DNA from: a virus
Reading direction: 5' to 3' (one strand)
IMG/VR virus record: IMGVR_UViG_3300007346_000025
Location: 8,793-72,792 of that record
Length of the DNA: 64,000 nt
A program made the translations under genes and the position numbers. This document shows positions 58,493-64,000 of this stretch, piece by piece (position 1 is the stretch's first letter; the number at the start of each line of letters is the position of its first letter). Below the pieces are notes generated by a model. The model ran no database searches. It was not told where the DNA came from and saw nothing but the letters and a program-made list of their open reading frames with translations.

Positions 58493-58600
58493 CCCCTCTG
58501 CACTCAGTTGTAATTTCATAGCTTCCTACGAATTTCACGCATGTTTGAACATTATGATAATTACAACTGCTCACCCTTGGGAAGTGAGAATGGTGCAGAA
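58493..58600 (-). ncRNA. twister ribozyme-like element with degenerate cleavage site and P1
   Basis: TGC-A-CC...CTCAC-TTCCCAAGG-GTGAG, long P5 (CAGTTGTAATT/AATTACAACTG), then GCA-GA-GGG. Confidence 0.55.
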
Positions 58601-58601
58601 A

Positions 58602-58719
58602 AAGACTAAGAGTTGTAGAGAGAATGCATCAATATCTCTACCTTTCCATATATAACAATGCATTTCTTCTAACAACCTCACATGTATCCCTACATGCTAG
58701 AAAGAAAGCCCTTAGTTTT
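58602..58719 (-). ncRNA. multi-stem structured RNA candidate
   Basis: Read on the + strand: outer ACTAAG/CTTAGT stem, long GTTGTAGA...ATGCAT/ATGCAT...TCTAACAAC stem, CATGTA-TCCC-TACATG hairpin. Confidence 0.4.
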
Positions 58720-58734
58720 GGTGGATGGTTTTCA

Positions 58735-58839
58735 GTACTCTCACAAGGTTGCAACCCTTGATCTATATAACTGCTTTCACTGCATTGTTAAATAGCTTCT
58801 ACCATAACGTGAAAGGTAGCCCTGCTTGGATGAGAGTAT
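58735..58839 (-). ncRNA. tRNA-mimic-like structured RNA
   Basis: ACTCTCA/TGAGAGT acceptor-like stem stacked on a CAAGG-7nt-CCTTG T-like arm; internal CTTTCAC/GTGAAAG stem. Confidence 0.5.
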
Positions 58840-58843
58840 ATAG

Positions 58844-59053
58844 TTACAGGTTATCTTTTATTAAGACATCACCTATTTTATCATATGAACATTCTATTGT
58901 ATGCCCATCTGTACCTTCAATTACTACTGAATTAGGTTTAAGTTCAAGGAAATACTCTGTGGTAATATGCTGACCAATACGTCTAATAGACCCCAGAGTA
59001 AATCCTATACCTAAAGCAATAAGAAGATATACTATTCTTAATACTGTTTTCAT
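58844..59053 (-). CDS. small membrane-anchored early protein, paralog of 60699-60941
   Basis: N-terminal TM; EYFLELKP...C...I..VLIKDNL. Confidence 0.7.
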   Translation of the reverse strand: MKTVLRIVYLLIALGIGFTLGSIRRIGQHITTEYFLELKPNSVVIEGTDGHTIECSYDKIGDVLIKDNL

Positions 59054-59055
59054 AA

Positions 59056-59271
59056 TTAATCTTCTAAATCTTCATCATAATTAAACTTACCAGTTTCAAG
59101 ATACTGGATAATCTCTGCTTTGTAAGCATACTCAATTCCCGCAGAAGGTATAGAGTATATAGTTCTACCATCAACATCATCAGTAGGTATAATAATACCT
59201 GAATGTAATTTTAGAACAAACATAAGGTTTGCAATAACTAAGTGCATAAATATATATTTAGGGTTAAACAA
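59056..59271 (-). CDS. hypothetical protein
   Basis: 71 aa, non-ATG start in the track; abuts the next gene. Confidence 0.45.
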   Translation of the reverse strand: MFNPKYIFMHLVIANLMFVLKLHSGIIIPTDDVDGRTIYSIPSAGIEYAYKAEIIQYLETGKFNYDEDLED

Positions 59272-59694
59272 TCAATTCCGGAGTCTTTTACTGTCTTCTC
59301 ATATATAGTAATAAGACTAATATATATAGTAGTAGTATATAAGATAGTATAGTATATGGTATATAGTTAGCCATATAATATATGTATGTATAGGTTGTGT
59401 AATGATTTTATGTTGGTAGATTGTGGTAAATAATGGTAAGAAGTGGTTTTCTCACAAATTATCACAAGCAAACACAAAAAATAATATGCTGATAATCAAC
59501 CAATTAACTTTTTTTGGTCTCATTTCTGTATATATAGAGTATAAGACAAATGATTGCTATCCACTTGTTACTTATTATATAATACAACCTAATATTTTTT
59601 TAATAGTAATTAGTTGTATATAAAGAAACCGTAGGTAAAAAAAATAAAGAAAGAGAACATCCTTGGATATTCCCTTTCCTTATGTGGTTGCAGG

Positions 59695-60036
59695 TTAGAT
59701 TGAGATTTCTTTCTCTTCAACCAAAACATCTTCAAACAATTCTTCAGTAGGAAGAACTGCACCACCACCAATAACCTTGCAATATACTGCAGGATTACCA
59801 TTACGGTCTGTTCCTTTTGTGATTGCAACGGTACATTCTTCATTGAGACGGATACCTTGTGCAACTACAGACTCCCAAATTGTAGCACGGACAACTTTAC
59901 CTTTATACAAGATGGTACAAGGACGGAAAGAAGTGGTTTGTCCTTGAGCATTCTCAAAGGATTTGATGCTACTTTCAGAGCCTAAAGTGTTAAGGACTGC
60001 TGTTACTGTTGGGTCTTTTTGCAAATCATTTGCCAT
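59695..60036 (-). CDS. early protein, possibly OB-fold
   Basis: 113 aa, beta-rich, with its own promoter motif and a downstream hairpin. Confidence 0.65.
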   Translation of the reverse strand: MANDLQKDPTVTAVLNTLGSESSIKSFENAQGQTTSFRPCTILYKGKVVRATIWESVVAQGIRLNEECTVAITKGTDRNGNPAVYCKVIGGGAVLPTEELFEDVLVEEKEISI

Positions 60037-60126
60037 AATCAGAAAATTAAATTAGTTAATAATATATTTTTCTGTAGTAAAAAGTTGTATAAAAAGACAC
60101 CGTAGGTAAAAAATAAAAAAGGGGAA

Positions 60127-60330
60127 CTATTGTCCCCCTAATCTTACTAAACCAACTTCACCATTTCTCCTTGCTCTATCCACGGCCATTTCAAGGTCAT
60201 TAATATGCATAGAACAATAATGTTTCAGTTCTTTTTCATCCAAGCCATTTCCTGTGCTTAAGATAGAAATACCATTTAGTTCTTCAAGTAGGTCTCTTAC
60301 CCTACGGTCTAATACAAATTCAAAAAGCAT
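60127..60330 (-). CDS. early hypothetical protein
   Basis: 67 aa, between a promoter motif and a GGGGA/TCCCC hairpin. Confidence 0.6.
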   Translation of the reverse strand: MLFEFVLDRRVRDLLEELNGISILSTGNGLDEKELKHYCSMHINDLEMAVDRARRNGEVGLVRLGGQ

Positions 60331-60385
60331 AACTGTTGGTTTTAAAGTTAGTAGTAGTAAAAAGTTGTATAAAATAAAAGGGGAA

Positions 60386-60646
60386 TTACTCCCCTGGTAA
60401 GCTCATATCAAGAGTCTGAGCTAAATGATTATCATACTCAAAGCTATGTTTCATGTCCATAAATATACTTGCTAACCTATAGTCACAATGTGTTGGTTCT
60501 TCAGGTCCTTCGTAAACAGTTTCAAATTCTTCTGTTTCTTCATTATAACCTGAAAATTTCATTATATCTATATTATAACTCATATGTAGTTTAATACTTG
60601 CACGAAGTTGCTTTAGCATCTCTAATTGTATTTCTTTTTTCTCCAT
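60386..60646 (-). CDS. early hypothetical protein
   Basis: 86 aa, between a promoter motif and a GGGGA/TCCCC hairpin. Confidence 0.65.
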   Translation of the reverse strand: MEKKEIQLEMLKQLRASIKLHMSYNIDIMKFSGYNEETEEFETVYEGPEEPTHCDYRLASIFMDMKHSFEYDNHLAQTLDMSLPGE

Positions 60647-60698
60647 AATAAATAGTTTATTAATAGTAATAAGTTGTATTAAATAAAAAGATAACCCA

Positions 60699-60941
60699 TT
60701 ACAGGTTATCTCTTATTAATACAGGGGCAATACTATCTATAGGACAAGTATATATATACCCATAACGATCCTCTATTATTGCAGTATTATCAGGCTTTAA
60801 CTCAAGATAATATTCTGCTTTAATATGTTTAATATTTGTTGGTTTAATTCCTTTAACAGGAGCAATAGATCCTATCAACCAACCACCAAATAAACCAAGG
60901 GCAAAATACCCAGCAACAAAGAATAACTTTTTATTTTTCAT
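60699..60941 (-). CDS. small membrane-anchored early protein, paralog of 58844-59053
   Basis: N-terminal TM; EYYLELKP...C...I..VLIRDNL. Confidence 0.7.
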   Translation of the reverse strand: MKNKKLFFVAGYFALGLFGGWLIGSIAPVKGIKPTNIKHIKAEYYLELKPDNTAIIEDRYGYIYTCPIDSIAPVLIRDNL

Positions 60942-60975
60942 AGTATATAATTTATTATTAGTAATAAGTTGTATT

Positions 60976-61340
60976 GGGGTATACTATATATAGTAGACAG
61001 CCTGTGTCAGATAGATCTGAGACCAGCATGATCTCAGCCACCCCCCCCCTACCAAAGATCTAGTACAGTATCACATAGTATATAGGTTATACCGTATAGT
61101 TAGATAACAATAAAACTTTCCCTGGTAGGAATTTTTTTTGATTTTATTTCTAGAAATGGTAATGAGTTGTAAAATTTTATGGGGGGTACCACCCAGTTGC
61201 ACGGACCCCGGGGGGTGTTTCTATGGGAGGCCACCACATCCTACTGTATACTATTTTACCCCTCCCCGTGTCCAGTTATTTCTGAAAAAAACTGGACATA
61301 CCGGGGGGTACAAAGACTAAGTAGATTGCCCGGGGGTAAA
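60976..61340. other. non-coding divergence region with G/C runs; candidate genome terminus or packaging region
   Basis: Strand switch between gene blocks; CCGGGGG(G)T three times; GGGGGGTAC twice; short palindromes. Confidence 0.4.
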
Positions 61341-61363
61341 TTTATATTTTGTATATTTACCCT

Positions 61364-61996
61364 ATGGCTTATATAGAACACAATTTTTTTCCGTTAAAAG
61401 TATTTGTTAGGAATGAATACATGTATCAGCATAAAAAGGGTCACGGAGAGTTTACCCCAGGAGTTATAATGTCAGTAAGATGCATGCCAGGTCAAGCAGC
61501 TCTCTTTCAAGTTCTATTAGAGAATGGAGTTATGAGGGATAAGTTACCTAGTCATGCTTTGTTACATGAACCAAAGACACCGGATCCAGATCTACCATTT
61601 CATTATTTACAGATATGGAATTGCTTTTCTTATAACTTTACTTTATTACATATATCGTATGTATATGATACAAGAGTAGAAGTATTTATGAAAGATCATA
61701 AGTTCTACCCGGGTACTTACTATGCTACCATTAACTGGGGAGCTAATGATCTAAACACAGACCTATCATTAGCTGAAGATCCATTAGAGCATAAGAGTCA
61801 TCATATTATTTTGCTTGATAATGGGCAGATAGCATTACAACCAAATAACAGAATAAAATGGTCTGAGCCAAGTTTTGTTACTAAACCATTCCCAGAGAAA
61901 CCGGATTATCTAGTTAATACAGATTATTATAACTGTGAGGGCTTTGATAAGTGGCATACAGAAGATTCAGATAGGATGTTCTATGATAATGAATAA
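61364..61996 (+). CDS. conserved phage hypothetical protein
   Basis: Probable start MAYIEHNFFP after GTATATTTAC; QIWNCFS, HKSHH, QPNNR motifs. Confidence 0.75.
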   Translation: MAYIEHNFFPLKVFVRNEYMYQHKKGHGEFTPGVIMSVRCMPGQAALFQVLLENGVMRDKLPSHALLHEPKTPDPDLPFHYLQIWNCFSYNFTLLHISYVYDTRVEVFMKDHKFYPGTYYATINWGANDLNTDLSLAEDPLEHKSHHIILLDNGQIALQPNNRIKWSEPSFVTKPFPEKPDYLVNTDYYNCEGFDKWHTEDSDRMFYDNE

Positions 61997-62026
61997 TTTG
62001 TATATTATTAGTATAAATTACTCATA

Positions 62027-62164
62027 ATGGCAAAAGCAAAAGATGGGGCTACTAAGATAGTCCGGATTAAAGTATCTAGACCTGGTGTTCATGCTAAGAC
62101 TAAAACTAGTAAGTTAAAGTCTTCTAAGAAGTACAAGAAGTTATACCGGGGTCAAGGACATTAG
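62027..62164 (+). CDS. 45-aa highly basic protein ending YRGQGH (not in ORF track)
   Basis: Manual translation MAKAKDGATKIVRIKVSRPGVHAKTKTSKLKSSKKYKKLYRGQGH; GTATATTATT motif upstream. Confidence 0.75.
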   Translation: MAKAKDGATKIVRIKVSRPGVHAKTKTSKLKSSKKYKKLYRGQGH

Positions 62165-62214
62165 GTTGAATAATCCGGATTAAAGGTACCTTGATATCTG
62201 GAAAGTTTAATCTA

Positions 62215-62261
62215 CCCCCCAGCAAGTGTGTCTGATCAACAATTACTGCTGGGGTTTTTTT
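62215..62261 (+). terminator. intrinsic terminator
   Basis: CCCCAGCA...TGCTGGGG followed by a T-tract. Confidence 0.7.
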
Positions 62262-62289
62262 ATTTAAAAAATTTTTTTATATTTGTTTC

Positions 62290-62541
62290 ATGGTATATAT
62301 CTATAAGCCAATTATGTGTGAAGTTAAAGCAATCAAATTTAATGGTCGGAACATTAAAGAGATTGAAGAACTTATAGGTAAGGATAATTACTTTTATAGT
62401 AAGGTTGGGATCCTATGGTTGTGGTTACCACATGGTCAAAAGCAGGTACACTTAGATGATTATATACTATTAACGGAGGATGGGTCAATTAAATTGTATG
62501 ATCCAATAGACTTTAAAAAGGATTTTGAGCTAGTGCAATGA
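62290..62541 (+). CDS. conserved phage protein (KP...VKAIKF...DYI...DF...F family)
   Basis: 83 aa; TATATTTG element immediately upstream. Confidence 0.65.
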   Translation: MVYIYKPIMCEVKAIKFNGRNIKEIEELIGKDNYFYSKVGILWLWLPHGQKQVHLDDYILLTEDGSIKLYDPIDFKKDFELVQ

Positions 62542-62885
62542 CACAGCACCAGGCTGATATATGGAAGAGAATGACTGAAGAGTCAGAAACTAATCTTGAA
62601 GCAAGAATTAAATTTGATAAATATATGGAAGAGCAACAACAAATAGGGATGGTAGAAACTAAGTTACCTACATTTGGAGAGTTACTAGTAACTACAGAAT
62701 CTGTAGACCCAGATGTAGTTAGAGTAACAGAATTAGCGGTAGAAATGGCCGAGATATTAAAGAAGAGATATTCAGAAGACCAAAGAGGTCCAGTAAAAAG
62801 TTTACTATTTGACCATGCAGTAGGTGAGTTATTTAGTGCCCATGCTGCAATAGTAAAAGTATTAACAATGAAACCAATACAATAA
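62538..62885 (+). CDS. helical-hairpin protein, possibly Acb2/Tad1-like
   Basis: TFGELLV...LFDHAVGELFSAHAAIVKVLT. Confidence 0.45.
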   Translation: MTQHQADIWKRMTEESETNLEARIKFDKYMEEQQQIGMVETKLPTFGELLVTTESVDPDVVRVTELAVEMAEILKKRYSEDQRGPVKSLLFDHAVGELFSAHAAIVKVLTMKPIQ

Positions 62886-63160
62886 TGAAATTACACGGAA
62901 AGAGAGTTTTAGTAACTAAACCTGAAGTAAAAGAATCAGCATTTGAATTATCTGAAAAAGATAAAGCATTGCTAGAAGCAGAAATGAGAAGCAAGTGGAC
63001 AGCACTTGAAGTATTTGCAATAGGTGATGAAGTAGAAAAGTTTGCAGTTGGGGATAAAGTATATCTTCAAATGAATGCACTTAATACAGCAGAAGTTATA
63101 GATATTGAAGGTGCACTTAAACTTATGGTTAGAGAACATGATATTGCAATAACATGGTAA
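62885..63160 (+). CDS. groES: GroES-like co-chaperonin
   Basis: GKRVLV, EVFAIG.EV....VGDKV, LMVREHDI. Confidence 0.7.
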   Translation: MKLHGKRVLVTKPEVKESAFELSEKDKALLEAEMRSKWTALEVFAIGDEVEKFAVGDKVYLQMNALNTAEVIDIEGALKLMVREHDIAITW

Positions 63161-63471
63161 ACTTTAGTCAAGAATCAGAATCACAGTATGAAAAAGTCAT
63201 CTGTTCTAAAGAGGAGATCACTGGTGCTCCAATTGATGTTTCTAGCCGTATTGTTGTTGTCAATGACTCTACTAGGCCAGATCATTATGGGGGTCAGGGC
63301 TCTGTATACGAAGTATTTAATGTACTAGAAGCTTGGGGAATAGATAAAGATTTCTATCTTGGTAATGTAATTAAGTATATTGCAAGAGCAGGAAAGAAAA
63401 ATAAATCTACTAAAAAAGAGGATTTACAAAAAGCTTTAGTATATTTACAAAGAAGAATTAATTCACTATGA
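63154..63471 (+). CDS. DUF3310 (SaV-like) protein
   Basis: PDHYG, FYLGNVIKYIARAGKK, EDLQKA..YL.R. Confidence 0.85.
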   Translation: MVNFSQESESQYEKVICSKEEITGAPIDVSSRIVVVNDSTRPDHYGGQGSVYEVFNVLEAWGIDKDFYLGNVIKYIARAGKKNKSTKKEDLQKALVYLQRRINSL

Positions 63472-63671
63472 TATTATTAAAAATAATAGCAGGAATGTTT
63501 GCAGTAGGACTTATCTGTTTATTCTGGATAGTTATAAATGCTATGACTAGACCCATCTATAATAAAGAACTTGATATATTAATGGATGATGAGAAAGGCC
63601 GTATTATAGCAAATTGGACAATTGGAGCATTAATATTAGTATCATTTTTACTAGGATATATGATAGGGTAG
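63468..63671 (+). CDS. small two-TM membrane protein
   Basis: Two hydrophobic helices. Confidence 0.65.
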   Translation: MILLKIIAGMFAVGLICLFWIVINAMTRPIYNKELDILMDDEKGRIIANWTIGALILVSFLLGYMIG

Positions 63672-63716
63672 TTTCTCCGCCTAACTCCGTTTTCAATCCT
63701 CTACCCTGTCACACTA

Positions 63717-63744
63717 AGTCCCTAGCATAAGCTAGGGATTTTTT
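63717..63744 (+). terminator. intrinsic terminator
   Basis: TCCCTAGC-ATAA-GCTAGGGA-TTTTT. Confidence 0.8.
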
Positions 63745-63799
63745 GTTTATGTAGAAAATTTTTACTATATTATACTGTATACATTTAATATTTATAACC

Positions 63800-64000
63800 A
63801 TGGACATTTTAAATTTTATTTCTTGGATTAAAGCTGGCAATTATAGAGCCACTCTTCCAACAGACGTTACTAACTTAATTGCAGTAGGTGCAAAAGATCC
63901 TTCTCGTGATGATGGGTATCTTCCACTTTCAGTTAATGCAGATCCACTTTTGTCAGTATATGATAAAGTAGCTGTTACTCAATTAACTAGTATTACTACA
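63800..64000 (+). CDS. late protein, 3'-truncated (MDILNFISWIKAG...)
   Basis: ATG after a CTATATTATA motif; frame open to the window end. Confidence 0.6.
   Translation, partial: MDILNFISWIKAGNYRATLPTDVTNLIAVGAKDPSRDDGYLPLSVNADPLLSVYDKVAVTQLTSITT

Larger units (their letters stand above)
59605..61172 (-). promoter_or_regulatory. 5-6 dispersed copies of a putative early promoter (- strand WATACAACTWWTTACT)
   Basis: + strand AGTAAWWAGTTGTATW at 59605, 60076, 60356, 60665 and 60960; degenerate copy at 61158. Confidence 0.7.

Noticed and set aside
58188-58973. + strand ORFs 58188-58454 and 58725-58973
   Set aside because: Antisense to the local gene direction, non-ATG starts, overlapping - strand genes and structured RNA elements.
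59605-60975. CRISPR-like array from the repeated 16-bp motif
   Set aside because: Copies are degenerate, 280-470 bp apart, separated by whole genes, and there are no cas genes.
61138-61376. ORFs 61138-61320 and 61179-61376
   Set aside because: Arise from G/C runs in the divergence region and lack protein-like features.
1-64000. Genome-wide TAG or TGA recoding as in some crAss-like phages
   Set aside because: ORFs up to 11 kb are uninterrupted under the standard code, TAG and TGA end genes at coupled junctions, and no suppressor tRNA is seen.

Overview
A 64-kb AT-rich segment of a crAss-like (Crassvirales-related) podophage genome. The host is probably Bacteroidota, judged from TAnnTTTG promoters and a Bacteroidota-type ClpS; an aquatic habitat is an inference. 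Standard genetic code. Layout: (1) 1-29693, + strand, late block of virion cargo/ejection proteins, including a 3696-aa virion RNA polymerase (RIP...GSDFDVD) with zincin and NADAR domains. (2) 29723-60941, mostly - strand, middle and early block: PolB, primase, DnaB, SSB, Sak4-like ATPase, PD-(D/E)XK nuclease, UNG, MoxR/vWA module, spore photoproduct lyase, ClpS, SF2 helicase, HNH, tRNA-Arg(TCT), a cluster of structured ncRNA candidates, and short early genes each preceded by a repeated promoter-like motif. (3) A GC-patchy divergence region at about 61.0-61.35 kb, then + strand late genes (GroES-like, DUF3310 and others). Most striking: by manual reading, the three giant ejection proteins (7,664 aa) contain only four cysteines, all at the two gene-order junctions, suggesting a head-to-tail disulfide chain. 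All family assignments come from motif recognition, not database searches.
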